The notes under the pieces were generated by a model. It did no database searches and was not told the DNA's origin. It saw only the letters and a program-made list of their open reading frames with translations. Shown here in pieces: positions 47,301-60,428 of a DNA stretch of 64,000 nucleotides. Positions within the stretch are counted from its first letter, which is position 1; every line of letters starts with the position of its first letter. The stretch lies in NCBI GenBank assembly GCA_043228905.1, contig JBHGNT010000003.1:2418001-2482000 (forward strand). Reading direction: 5' to 3'. This stretch comes from Azolla caroliniana (taxonomy: Eukaryota; Plantae; Polypodiophyta). The position numbers and the translations under genes were made by a program.

Positions 47301-48146
47301 ACTTGTTGTCCAATGATTGAGGTAAATTGAAAGACAATTTGAACAATATAGACCACATTTATCAACATCATATAATGAATGAACCTATAATGTCTCTTTC
47401 TTAACTCTAGCTATTTAGACGTCTACAGTTTGACTTTCATCCTCCCAAATGGTGATTTGTGTTGTCCGTTAAGGGTTACCATTGTGGTTATGTTATGGTA
47501 GACCTCACCACAAAGATTCACCATACCACAAACAAAGAGGGTTAAAAAACCCCCATGGGTTTGTGGCATGTTTTGGAAGGGGAATAAAAAAGGTGGCATT
47601 TGTGTACAAATTACTAGCTTATATTTCTGCAAAGAGGAATGACCTCTTGTGCAAATATTCGATATGCACTATGTGGCCACGACTGGGCACTCTATACTAA
47701 TGTTATAGACTAAATAGTTGTGATGCATTAAAAGATAACATCATTGTCTAATGAGACTCATACAAATTGTGCTTCAGTTTAATAAGGGAAAAGACAAGAT
47801 GATTGCTTATTTAACAAATGCTTGTCACAAGATATTACTCAATAATACATTAATCATCAATTATTTATCATATATGTGTACAATATGGGATCCTAGCTTC
47901 CATGTTTGGCCATGTTTTTATGAGTCCATAGAATTCTTATTCCTTGTCACTCCAAATGCAAAAATAACGGAAATAACATACCATGAATTCCAAATGAATG
48001 TAAAACTACAGAAATAACAAAGCTCCCAAAATTTTGGCCCAAGATTTGATGGAGGTCCGATGGTTAAGTTAAGGCTTGGAATGGGTAATAGCCGGTCTCC
48101 AATAATGAGGATAGGAGCAGTAGAAACACCACAAGGAGCGAAATCA

Positions 48147-49454
48147 TTAGCCATGGCTGAGAAAAATACTTCTCATAGCCATGGAACGCCCACGATTCTC
48201 ATAGTCATCTAATACATCGTGTGTCATGTTGTCCCATCTCTCACATGCTCGAATGTCGACATTGGTGCACATGTTGTTCCACATCTCCACCAGCTTCTCA
48301 TCACTCCCCAAGTAATTCTCTATCACCTGCGCCTTTGTCAAGATCGCTACATCCTCCGGAGTGTCGATGAGCGAGTCCATGATGGCAACATACTTAGTGA
48401 AATCACCATTACTTTTGGAGGTTTGTTCATGTGCAAGGAGGTTCCTCAACACATCCTCTGTCCTGTCATTCACGATAAGCCGTGGAAGATCGAATCGAAG
48501 GTTTGTCTTGTCGTATTTCATCACCGATATGCTGCCTACAATCACCCTGAACCGGATGCCGGCTTTTGAGAGCCGAGATGCTGTTGGCAGACGATCGCCA
48601 AAGATAGTTTTCTGTTGAGGTTCTTGCTTCCTCCAGAAAAGATTGCATAGTTGTGGGATGCTACATAAATTCATGGCGTCGCTTCCATTCTTTTGTAATG
48701 GCTCCCTGCAGACCCAAACATATAGGCAATCAAGTAGATGACTGCAAAGCCGAAAATCGGGAATTTCAAAACTCTTCACAAACTCTGCGGTGAAGGTCTC
48801 GACGACAAGGAATGGATCAATTGTTGCAACAGCATAAATCGCTTCTTGCTGAAGTTCATCCCCTTCGATTTTGGTTTTCTCTGGAAATGCCTCAATCAGC
48901 TTCTTTAGAAATGGCATGGGAATTTGGTTGCCCATCACAAACAAGTCCCTGACTGCTTGGTTGAATGTGATGTTATTGTTGCAGATCTTGCAGAACTGCG
49001 TGTGTTCCTTGAGTAAGAAATTCCATGCAGTTGGAATAAACCGAAGGAATTCACGAATGACAATGGTATCGACGGTGATCAAAAGTTGGAGGGTCTCAGA
49101 ACTGTATTGGGGAAGATCTGAATAGTGATTGTGAAGATCAGAAGGGTCATAGAAGAGGCGTTTCATGAGCTCTTCCACATCTGATATGTCATGTGCTTTC
49201 ATGAATTTATTCACACACGATGCCTTAACATCATAAAGAACAGAGCTCCCACTAAGCATTTCATGCAACGGTCCGATGGTCAGGATCTGAGGCCGATATG
49301 ACTCTGGCTTCACATCCACTAATGCTTTTGGCGGCTTCGAAATCTCCGTGAACAGCCGTATACCATCATCAGTAGCATCAGTGGCCTTATTGATCCTTAT
49401 TATCATGTCTTGTCTCCATTTGTTTTCTTCAGAAATGGATTCAGATTGATCCAT
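48147..49454 (-). CDS. DUF247 protein with C-terminal frameshift (435 aa, TM helix out of frame); possible pseudogene
   Basis: Full DUF247 motifs run up to DDYEN, then the ORF reads RGRSMAMRSIFLSHG*. EKYFSQPWLMISLLVVFLLL continues in another frame. Confidence 0.85.
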   Translation of the reverse strand: MDQSESISEENKWRQDMIIRINKATDATDDGIRLFTEISKPPKALVDVKPESYRPQILTIGPLHEMLSGSSVLYDVKASCVNKFMKAHDISDVEELMKRLFYDPSDLHNHYSDLPQYSSETLQLLITVDTIVIREFLRFIPTAWNFLLKEHTQFCKICNNNITFNQAVRDLFVMGNQIPMPFLKKLIEAFPEKTKIEGDELQQEAIYAVATIDPFLVVETFTAEFVKSFEIPDFRLCSHLLDCLYVWVCREPLQKNGSDAMNLCSIPQLCNLFWRKQEPQQKTIFGDRLPTASRLSKAGIRFRVIVGSISVMKYDKTNLRFDLPRLIVNDRTEDVLRNLLAHEQTSKSNGDFTKYVAIMDSLIDTPEDVAILTKAQVIENYLGSDEKLVEMWNNMCTNVDIRACERWDNMTHDVLDDYENRGRSMAMRSIFLSHG

Positions 49455-50289
49455 AAGCTTGAGTTCCTTGTTGAAATTCCCTTAAACTTCTTGTTGATAT
49501 TCAAATTGATATTCTCTTAATGCTTTCTTGCAGAAGTCTTTTCTTGCGGGAGATAAGAACAGAAAGAAAAATAAGAGAGAGGGAAGGGGAGATAAGAATG
49601 CCAGAATCATAGGTATGGAGAGAGACCATAATCATGCCAGATTATTTATACACAGAAAGCAAATATTCCAGTCTGTTTTATAGTCAATTCTTCTATAATT
49701 TCAGAAATCTCGTGGATGTATATTCTAGCTGTATAATTTTAAATCATTTTCTAGCTGTATAATTTTAAAATCCGCCCATATTTTAGTATCTTGTAGCATA
49801 CTTATTTATAAATGGATTAATGATAGTTTGCTCTAACTCGCGATTCCATATTGCGAAATATAGGCAAAAACAATTGTGATTAATTGATTTCTAAGTCAAA
49901 TGTATTGAAAGTTGAAAGTAACCTAGCACTGCATTATTGGCCTACAAGGAATCCATGTCACTATCCTAGGAATAAAAAGTCATAGGAATAAAAAGTCCCA
50001 GGAACCTCTAAGGTTGCTCCTGTAGATCCATGGTGTCTATCCTGTTTAGAAGAATCTGAAGGTGCGGGTTTTCGTCTACCTCATCATTTCATGCTACAGA
50101 GATCATGTTTTACCCTCCCAGAACGGCTAGATGGAGCCGACTGCTACAAAAGAAGAAAACATGAAACTGATTGATGAATGAGAGAAAGAAGGAAAAAAAC
50201 AAAAGACAAAACATTGGTATATAATTAAAGAGAGCAAACAGACCATATAGATAAGAATAGCTTCGAACTAAGAGTTAAGAGCGGCTTGT

Positions 50290-51350
50290 GGTTGCCGATT
50301 CGATTCGGTTCAGTTCAGGCTTCATGTTCCTTAACTGTGATTGGGCTCACTTCGGAATGGCTCAAGCCAAACTGAACCGTTTTGGTCAAACCGGTTAGAG
50401 CATTATCAACGTGGCTACCGGTTTATGCTTAATCGATTTGGGGAAACCGATTAGCCTTAACTAGTATAGGAATGCAGTGGATTTTGTGGATAGTCAAACA
50501 ATGTAGTAGAATATGCATTTGACGTGATGCCCTATATTTTATGGATTTCCAAAAGTTCTCTATATTTGAATATTTTGTGCATACTTTGTTTGATGACAAC
50601 TGAATCCACTCATCTAAGACAAGACAACGCTTTAATACGAAATTTGGTCCTAGTAACATGAAGAAATGTTTACCGTTTGCTTTTCCAAGATGTTGCAACA
50701 CAACCAAATATAAAGACCATCCCTAATGTTGAGCATGAGGAAGAGATTGATATTAACTTTTGGCAAGTACTTTACATGTTATGAAGGCATGGACAGCATT
50801 AACCTTATTCATGATGAAGTAAATTTATAGTCAACCTTTTGAAGTCATAAATAAATGTAATAAAATATTGGTGTAAAGGTTCGACCTTATTCATGATCAA
50901 GTAAATTTATAGGCAACCTTTTGAAGTCATAAATAAATGTAATAAAATATTCGTTTAAAGGTATTCAAAGCAGCCCATATAGGTCAATAAATGTAATAAA
51001 GTAGCCGGCTATGAAGAAATTCGAAGCAACCCGCATAGTTTGGATTGAATGATTTGAAGTGGCCTTTCAATTTGATGAACATAGTGAGAAAACTGTTGTC
51101 TACATTATTTCACGTAGATGCATCCTTCTCGTATTGATAATATATTGAAATGATTTATTTGGTATACCTTCCAAAAATTTGTGTTGAATTGCCTGCATTT
51201 ATTTTTATTCAGGATATAGATGGCCTAGGCTATGGTGCCATATCAAGGTTTAATCATCTTGTTGATGGCTTCAAGCTATTTACACATCAATTGGCAAATT
51301 GTCCATCATCATTAATGGATATAATTTTCCCCTATTTTAATTACTTCTCT
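50290..51350 (-). mobile_element. Possible degenerate hAT-like transposon remnant, with AACCG/CGGTT-rich ends at 50290-50460 and 55620-55830
   Basis: HFFML..LKRCL..DEW..ENFWKSIKY weakly resembles hAT (DUF659-type) transposases. Clustered aaaccg/cggttt motifs occur at both ends, and there is an internal 82-bp tandem duplication at 50802-50963. Confidence 0.35.
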
Positions 51351-51410
51351 TATGGGTAACTTATTAAAGAAACATGAGAAGGCACATCTGTTCAGTAATA
51401 TACATTGGTA

Positions 51411-54400
51411 TGTCACAACAGGAGGAAGAAAATAAAAAGATCGCTCATATTTACATGAGGAGAAAGTTCCTCTTTATAAAGGCCAAGATTTGGCTTTTGA
51501 GCTAACTAGCTACTGGAACTAGCTAGTCGTTGGGCTAGCCGTTATAACTTTTAAACATTCTCAACACTCCCCCCTCAAGATGGGCAAAAACTATCCACGA
51601 AGCCCATCTTGTCACACAATCTAGTAAGACTTACTGGCCGAAGTCCCTTTGTAAGACAATCTGCTGCTTGATGTTCAGTAGAAACATGACCCAATTTTAA
51701 TACTCCATTATCAAGCTTTTCCTTGATAAAGAATCTGTCGATTTCGATGTGCTTGGTTCTATCATGTTGTACCGGATTGTTGGCAATGTTGACTGTTGAC
51801 TTATTGTCACACCACAAGATCATCTGATTTTCTTGATTCACCTTTAGTTCTACTAGGAGAGTTGTCAGCCATGACATCTCCGCAGCTCCTATAGCAATAG
51901 CCCTATACTCTGTTGCGACTGTTGACCTTGCTACTATTGACTGTTTCTTACTCTTCCAAGAGACCAGATTGCCTCCAACAAACATGTAGTATCCTGATGT
52001 GGATTTCCTATCATCACCACAACTGGCCCAATCAGAATCACAATAGCCCTCAATGTTAAAATGACCATGCTTTCTAAAGATTAATCCCTTCCTCGGGGCA
52101 CCTTTGAGATATCTCAGAATATGGTACACTGCATCCATATGATCTTTCCTCGGAGCATGCATGTAGAGACTTACCACACTTGCTGCAAATGAAATATCTA
52201 GACGGGTGTGAGTCAAACAAATCAACCGACCTACCAATCTTTGTTACCTTTCACGATCAACTTTCTCTCCTGTAAGTTCAGTTAGCTTGATCTTTTCCTT
52301 GATTGGAGAAGCTACGGTCCTATAAGCCAACATTCTAGTTTCTATGAGAAGACCTAATACATATTTTCGTTGAGATAGAACAACTCCTCCTGCTCCACGA
52401 GCTACCTCAATTCCAAGAAAGTATCGTAGAAATCCTAGATCCTTCACCTCAAACTCTTTACCCATTTGCACCTTCAATTGGGCAATTTCTCCTTCATCGT
52501 TACTCGTGATAAGTATATCATACACATATAGAGCAAGTAATGTAGTATGCTCCTTGTGTTTTCGAAAAAATACTGTATGGTTTGCATTCGTTTGTTGGTA
52601 TCCCATACCCACCATAGCCGTTCTTAACCTGTCAAACTAGGCTCGAGGAGATTGCTTCAGTCCATAAAGCGACTTCCTTAGTCTACAAACTTTACCTATT
52701 GTTTGAATTGTACCAAAACCTAGGGGGACATCCATGTACACTTCCTCCATCAACTCTCCATGAAGGAATGCATTTTTTATATCTAATTGATGTAATTTCC
52801 AATCCGTATTCACTGCTAAGCAAATAAGTGTTCTAACAGTGCTCATCTTTGCCACAGGTGCAAAAGTCTCATCGTAGTCAATGCCATATTTCTGACTATA
52901 TCCTTTAGCCACCAATCATGCCTTGTATCGATCTATTTTTCTCTCTGGGGTCTATTTTTTTGTAAACACCCATTTGCACCCAACCGCCTTCTTTCTTGAT
53001 GGTAGTGACACAATCTCCCAAGTTTTGTTCTTCTCAAGAGCTCTGAATTCTTCTTGCATGGTTGTTTTCCGTTTTGAATCTTCTTTAGCAACCTGCCAAC
53101 ACTTGGTTAAAGTGACAGAGTCTAATGATGCAATAAATGCTCTATGTGTAGCTGATATATTAGAATAAGAGATTAACTGAGCAATATCATGAGGAAAACC
53201 GTAACGATCAGGAGGGACTCTAGCATTACTGCGAGGGGTTCTCCTAATCTATGTAGGAGCAAGAGAGGAAATCATATCACTTGTGATTTCTGGGTTTGGG
53301 AGTTCTATAGGTATTTCAGAAATAGAGGCACGTCGGGACATGGAACTTGATGGCAAATGTGGCATTGAAGATGTGTTCATATTTCCTTCTTTCTGCCTCC
53401 TCCTGAAGATGTATACACCTTTAGCTCCCCCTCAACTTGAGTCCCAACACATATAGGCTCCTCGTCTTCGTTTCCTTCTTCTTCCGTACCTCCTACGCTC
53501 ACTTCTTTCTCAACTGATGTAGGGATCAATAAAGGAATTGATCCTGTTTTTGGCAACCTCTCACCATTATCTCCTTCCCTCATATTTTCAATCTCAATTA
53601 AGTCATCAAAGGGTGAAGCTACCCCTTGTTTATAATATCGCTCTGACTAATCTCTTCTCTATTGGACTCCAACAAACATAGTTTTTTTGTGTGGTAGAGT
53701 ATGCCACAAATACACATTTTATAGCTTTAGGATCAAGTTTTCCTATAGATGGTCTATTGTCCATTACAAAACACACACATCCAAACACCTTCAAAGGAAG
53801 GATTGCAGACTTATCGCCTTGCAACAACTCACATGGAGACTTCCACTCCAATACTCTAGAGGGCATTCTATTGATCAATGTGGTAGCTGTCAAAACTGCC
53901 TCTCCCACAACTGCTTTGGAACATTCATAGAGATCATCATGCTTCTCGTTACCTCTAGAAGATGTCAATTCTTAATCCGTTTTGTTTTGATGTATATGGG
54001 CATGTAGTTTGATGTTGTATTGCTTGATCTGAGAGGTATGCCCTCAATGTCATGTTAGCATACTCTGTTCCATTATCAGACCTCAACACTTTTACTACTA
54101 CACCATATTGAGTTTCAACTTCTCTATGAAAATATTTAAAACAAGCAAATACTTCATTCTATTTCCTCATCAAATATAACCAAGTCACACAAGAGAAACA
54201 GTCAATGAAAGAGACAAAATAGATTCTATATCCATTAATAGAACTTGTGGAACATGGTCCCCAAACATTGCAGTGTATTACATAAAATGCATGGGAACTT
54301 CTATGACCTGAACTAGCATATGAGATTTTAGTAAGTTTACCAAATTCATATGCATCACAAACAAGTTTTGTATTATTAGACTTTTCAAAAAGGTGTGGAT

Positions 54401-55400
54401 ACACCCGACTCAAAATGTCATAAGTGGTATGTCCCATATGTTGGTGGTAAAGTATCAACAATTCCTCATAACTCATTTTAGATCCCCTTACATCTATTCC
54501 CTCTACCATAGATGTTAATGCGGAATCTAGCCCTTCACGATCCAAATACCATAGTCCGCAATGCCATGTGCCAATCCCAACTCTCCGACTTGTCCCTTTC
54601 TCCTGGAATATCACCTTGGGATTATCAAAAGAAACAACACATGGGAAAGATAGAACTTATGATAGAACTTATGGATAATAAGTTTACTGGGAAAGAAGGA
54701 GCATACAACACATTAGACAATGTCATAGAGTGGGTACATTTTACTTTACCTATACCCACTATAGGTTGTGTTGTATCGTTAGCAATTTGAATGCTTTTTG
54801 GCATTGATAAGTGAGTATACGAGGAGAATTCACTAGCATTACCTGTCACATGCCTAGATACACCAGAATCAATTATCCATTCTCGTGTAGAGCCAAGAGT
54901 ATTTGTGTTGCCAGTACTTGTGGTTGAATAAGCATAGGGGGAATGTTACCTCTTGACATGAATGAAGTATCATTTGCGGCTCTTTGCGTCCTCCTAAGTC
55001 TTTTTAAGAGAGCTTGATCCTCTTCGGTGAACACCACCTTAGTTCCTTGCTACCATCAAGTTTGCTTGGCGACCTCCTCTTGCACCTCTTCGGCCCCCTC
55101 GACCACGACCTCTAGTTTGTCCACGTCCTCTATATTCTCTCTCCTTCGATGGTTTAGGGCAAGCATTCTTTAAATGAGTAGCTTCACCACAATTGTAGCA
55201 TTTTCGATTTTCACTTCCACTTGAATTTGATACCATTAGTGTCGATCGCAGAGAGCAACTTCATTCTACTCTCCTCTTGTATCATAGTCGTAATTGCCTC
55301 ATCAAGTGTGGGAATTTCAAAATTGGCTAGAAGAACTACCCTTCTGTGGTCAAATGACGGGTTGAGATGTTTCAAATATTGCATGGTTCTTTTTTGTGTA
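51411..55400 (-). mobile_element. Degenerate, 5'-truncated Ty1/Copia element with a short (~156-bp) 3' LTR
   Basis: Motifs include CYNCGEATHLKNAC, WIIDSG (protease), HCNVWGP (integrase), NAFLHGEL/SLYGLKQSPRA (RT) and YCDSDWA/HDRTKHIEID (RNase H). The PPT at 51567-51576 abuts TGTTGAG at 51566. Confidence 0.92.
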
Positions 55401-56149
55401 GAATTTTAGCACTTTTAAACTTTCTCAACACTTATAACAAATTATAGCACACTTGTAATGAAATTCTATTTTTCTTTTATTTTTATGTAGCTACATTTAC
55501 CAATACTAAGTTATTTGGTAATCTTAGGAGCCTAGGACAAAGCTATTAGTTCTACATACTTTGGATCAAGCTTCATAATATCTATCAAACATAATAGTAC
55601 CAAAATCACATTAGTACTATCAATGGGCGCAGTTTCGGCTTAAACCAAATTAAACCGTTAAGCTATGGTTTTAAATGGTTTAGCAGTTTATCAGTTCCAA
55701 AAAATTTTAAGGGTTTGGTTTGGGTTATAAAAAATGGTCCAGTTTTAGTTTAGTTTGGTTCTAAAACTCTAGTTTATAGGTTTCATTTAAAGGTTTTTGG
55801 GTTTTTGGTGAACTTTTTTATTTAAAGCTAGTATGCATAGTGATGAATGTTCCCCAAGCTTCGGGGAGTTTGCTTAGTACTAATCTAATCTTGATGTCTT
55901 CTGAGATACAATTGACGACGGTAGTTGCATCATCCATGGCTGCCTCCTAGGTTGATCAGAAGGTAGCGACATCTTCTTCTTCATGTAAAACACACATTTG
56001 ACCTCTCATGCATACAAGACCAAACGCATATCATTGACAACGAAATCGATGTATTGACCTCATACGCATACTTAACATATGTATGTGAGAGTAATACATA
56101 ATTGAAGTATTAATCTCGTGTGCATACGACACTAATCACATATTCAATA

Positions 56150-56640
56150 TGTTACCCGTTCCTTTGGGTGAACACCTTCTATAGACCTACGACTATCGGT
56201 ATCCAAGGGCGTGGTACGTGAAGGCTCGTAACAGAGGCGTCGTGAGGGAGAAAATGATCAGAGATAAAACACTAGCGAGATCTTGATAGGCGTCGACGGC
56301 GCTTAATTCAAAACAAAACACGAGAGAAAACACAGACTCATGGAGCAAAATGGGCACAAATCAGATCTATTACTACAACACCAAAAGGATTACAGAACAC
56401 GGCCTACGGCCGGTGACCTTACAGGATTATCTAGTTACGATGGACTAAGCTAGGGCTTCCGTCTATATTTTCTGCCCCCTCCCCCCTGAGGTGCTCGACC
56501 TTGTTTAAATAACGTTTCCCCTAATACACAGCCGAGCCGTTGGTGGCCCGTGATACTCGGACTCGGTGTTCCTTCTTACTCGGTTACACTACCGCCGTTT
56601 GCTAATTTCCTAATTTTACATTTCTGTCCTCTGAACAACA
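56150..56640 (-). repeat. Putative 3' LTR (~490 bp)
   Basis: TG...CA boundaries (tgttacc at 56150, aacaaca ending at 56640), TATTTAAA on the minus strand near 56505, and a sharp GC shift at 56150. Confidence 0.65.
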
Positions 56641-56816
56641 CCTGGCACGCCCGTGGGACAGGACCTTGTTCGTCAGGCCCACGACTTACAAAATACTAAC
56701 AACATTACAAAAATTTCCTCTTAGGCGCTCCTTTCATTTCTCTTCTAAGATGTCGAGGATGTTTTCAGGGTTCGGGTGGTGGCAGAGTGGTTTGGTTGGA
56801 TTGTCGGTGCGGGGGG

Positions 56817-59800
56817 TTAAGTTTGGTCCGGGGGTGTCATATCCTCTCGGGCGTCCGTCTCAGGTGCGGCCGATTCTTCTGGTGGTGGTGTGGGTTCGAG
56901 GGCGCTGACCTCTACTTTGACTGGATCTGGTACCGTGTGGGCGTCCTCGGGCGGTCTGTTGGTCGGGACGAGTTCCTCCTGTGCCGTGTTCGTGATCTCC
57001 TCACTGGGAGGTTCTTCCTTCTGCTCTGTGGCCGCTGGAGGGCTGGTCGGGATGGCTGCAAGTCGTTCTCGTTCGAAGGCTTCTGCTTCCAAGCGAAACA
57101 GCATCTGATCGTCGTTGAAGTCCTCCAGTATTTGCTCGATTGCCGCGGTGTGAGATTTTGCCCAGGATCTGTAATCCTCGTTTAAATCTGCACAGAGGTT
57201 TTGTATCCTGGCTTCGTCCATTTTGTAAAAGCTGCGACCCTCCTTCCGTCGGTTCTCGGCGTCGGCGCGTAAAATATGCAATTCGGCAGCTTGGGCTGCC
57301 CATTCTTCTCTTGCGCAACTTAATGTTTCCTCGACCTTTTTGGTGAGGTGTTGGCGCTGTTTCTCGATCAGTATTCTGATGCGTGTCTCATCCATGCCGG
57401 GTTGTGCTCGGACGGATGCCAATTCCTCTTTTAAGCCGTTGACCTCGGCCTGAAGCTTTTTTGCGAGTAGTTCATAGGTGGCTTGAGTGTTCTTTGCGTC
57501 CGCGGTTACGAGCTGGATAGACTGCTCGTAATGCTTTGTGAGCTCTTCGATAGCTTTCTCCCATTCTTTTTGACACGCGGCCCGGACCTGTTCCCGTTCG
57601 ACGATGCTCTTTTCTTGTAGGGCGAAGTAGGAATCAGATAATTCGTCTTTTTGCTCCGAAAGTAGCTTGCATTTGATGAAAAACTCGTTAGCCATTTCTT
57701 TAAGGGTCGTACGCTGACTCTGCAGCTCGGCATTCTCCGCGATCATTTTCTCCTCCCGTTGGCGATTTCTTTCCTCTTGCCGGTGGTTCCAGTCTTTCAC
57801 ATTGTCGAGCACGGCCTGTAGGTCTAGGACATCCTTCTCTTTCTCTGCCACTGTGGCCGCGTATTCCTCCAGCTTGCTTTTGAGTTCTGCTTCTTTGCCC
57901 GCGGCTTACGCTTGTACCCGGCCCAGTGCTTCGTTCTACTCGTGTATCCTTTGGTCGGCCTGGGCTCTAATCTCAGCTATATGTTTCGAAGCTTCTTCTT
58001 TTAAGCGAGCCATGGCCTCTTGATGCCGTTGTTCGTGTCTCTCGGTCCGCCATTGCTCTTCTTTAAGCTCCGCTCGGTAATCCCGGAGCGGGGGTTCTGT
58101 CTGGGTTGCCACCTCCTTGGGTGGACTAGGGGGTGGTATCTCGGTCTTCACCATTGGCGTGGCCGCCTCGGTTGTTGTGCAGGCATTGACCATTTGTAAC
58201 GATTGAATCCGTGACGGTGCTTTCATCTATCATTGTTATGCGTGGAGGGGCTGGGAGGGCCTCGGTGGTCGTGGCTGGAAGGCTCAAGAGTTGTTGTTCC
58301 GGCCGGTTTTGCTCCCAGGCTGCTAGTTTCTGTTTCACAGCGTGCCATAATTCCCTAGCCACCTTAGCCTGTTTTTGGGCTGTTTTTATCTTTCGGGCCA
58401 AGTCTTTGGCTGCCCGCGTAGTGCGATCCAGGTCCCTATATGCCTCGATAAGGGCCGTGTTCAACTCGGGGACCTCCATGAGGAGAGCGGCCTGTTTTGC
58501 CTGCTTCTTCCTCCCTATTTTTTGTAAAGCCTTGTCGTCCTGGGGCTCAATTTCACCTAATAGCGCGCGTCGAATCATTTTTGTTTCGGCGTGCTCTTCC
58601 GCCATTCGAGCGGTTGCCGCGACTTGGGCTCTGGTGAGGAAGTCGACCAGCTCGAATGTCGTACCGAGGCATAGGAGCGCGCTAAATTCGTAAGCCTCTG
58701 CGGGGAGGTCTTTATAACCGAGGACTTCATCCTCCGAGATCTGCGTAGTCTGCCCATTCTCGATCTTTCCCTGGTTCAACGATGCCTCCTCAGGGATGAT
58801 GGCCAGGTTGCTCTAGCTGACAACTAAGGCTTGCTCGTGTTGTGGCTCTTTCTGTTCTGCCGAGGACTCTCGGTTGAGTCGTCTTCTCTTGCTCGGCTGG
58901 GTTTGGGGTTCCGGGGTCGATGGTGTCGTTTCCTCCGCCTGCTTCCTTTTCTGGGGTCATGGAGGTGATGTCTGATGTGTGTTGGGGCGTGGGCTAAGCC
59001 CTGGGGGAGTTACCGAGGGATGCGGCGTTGGCTGTCGAATGGTGACATCGTCTGCCGTGTTGTCCTCCCTGGCTATCTCCTCCTCCCATTCTTGGTAGGT
59101 CTCGGAAACTACCCTTTTTTGTTGGGGTTGGTTGGGTGGTGGTGCTGATGCGGGGTTTTGGTCGGTGGCCGGAGGTGAAGGCGATGTGGGCTCCTCCCAT
59201 GCTTCGTGGCTGATGGCAACCAATTTCTGTCTCTGTCTTCGTGGTGGTGGTGGGGACGTGAGTGTCCGAGGGGAAGGAAGAGAGGAGGGTGGGTATAGAA
59301 CCATCAAAAAGTGGGTAAGAACAGACAACATCTTCTTACCTGACTAGAATGAGGCTAAGGCGGTGCGGAGTCCTTCGCCTATGATGATTCCCCAATCGAC
59401 TCTGTTTCCTTCATACGCGCTGATGATGATGGCTGCCTTGTTCTGCGGCATGCTCGTCGGGTTCGTATGCACGAACGCATACTCCATCAATATACGAGCA
59501 ATCTCCCCGAAAGCTCTGTTGGGACCGCCATACGTGCGATATGCCTTCCCTGAGGCTGAGTACTCACCGAAGTACTCTTTCAGCTTCGATGCCAGGGGTA
59601 TGTTGACCTCATGGTCCCCTCCCCGTTGTAGGTCCAAAGCAGCCCGAAGCACGTTGTTGGTGATGGCTTCGGGACAAATACGTTTAGCCACTCCTTGGGC
59701 ATCCGGGTGTGCGGTGGCATCGATGATCTTCAGGTAACCGCCCATTCCTCGTTCCTGGAGCCAGGCGCGGGTTTCTGTTGAAGCGGTAAGAGGCATGGTG

Positions 59801-59865
59801 GAGATGGAGACGGGGTTTGACTGTGTGGAAGAGTGAGCAAGAGTGATGAGGCGAGGGCGAGACAA
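56817..59865 (-). pseudogene. Retrotransposon accessory ORF (~1000 codons, broken): conserved N-domain, Pro-rich linker, coiled coil
   Basis: Consecutive ORFs are 59344-59865, 58957-59331, 58126-58779, 57936-58226 and 56817-57851. The copy at 26753 reads through the stop at 59344. Confidence 0.7.
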
Positions 59866-60428
59866 CGGAGGAACAGCAGGAAGGGGAAGCTTGGCAGAGG
59901 GGCTATGAGAGCAAAAGAGGGCTTCAGAGCAAGAGCGTTTAGAGCAATGAGAGCGAGAAGGGGCTTCTGAGCTTGAGAGCTATGGAGGTTGGAAGCGATA
60001 ATGAACTTCTGTGTATGTGCTTCGTTTTGGAAACGGTTTTAGTAACTTCCTCCTAGGGTTTTGTCCCCGAAGCGAATCCTGAAGATTCTGAGTCGTGGGT
60101 GCCATAATAAGTGACTAGCGCCACGTGTCCTGAAGGTGAGTGGGGTGCTACGAGTGCATGTGCTGAAGGTGAGTGCATGTGCTTAAATAGGTACTAAATG
60201 AGAGGTGGCTAGGGGTGCTCCTAAATTGTGGGTGCCTAGGTGGGTGGTGTAGGTATAGCTAATCGACGGTTAAACTATGATTAATCCTACCTACTTTATT
60301 AATTAAAAATGGGTGAGTCCTTATTAAGGCGGACACGTGGCCTCCTCCGTGGGGGTCTCCCGAAACTCGTTTGTGTCGTTTGGCTCGGTAAACGGGTTGG
60401 GTGGTGTAGTGCCTCGATATGGTCGAAG

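Noticed and set aside
7282-49454. P450-containing biosynthetic gene cluster
   Set aside because: Both P450 copies are truncated pseudogenes, and no other biosynthetic enzymes are present.
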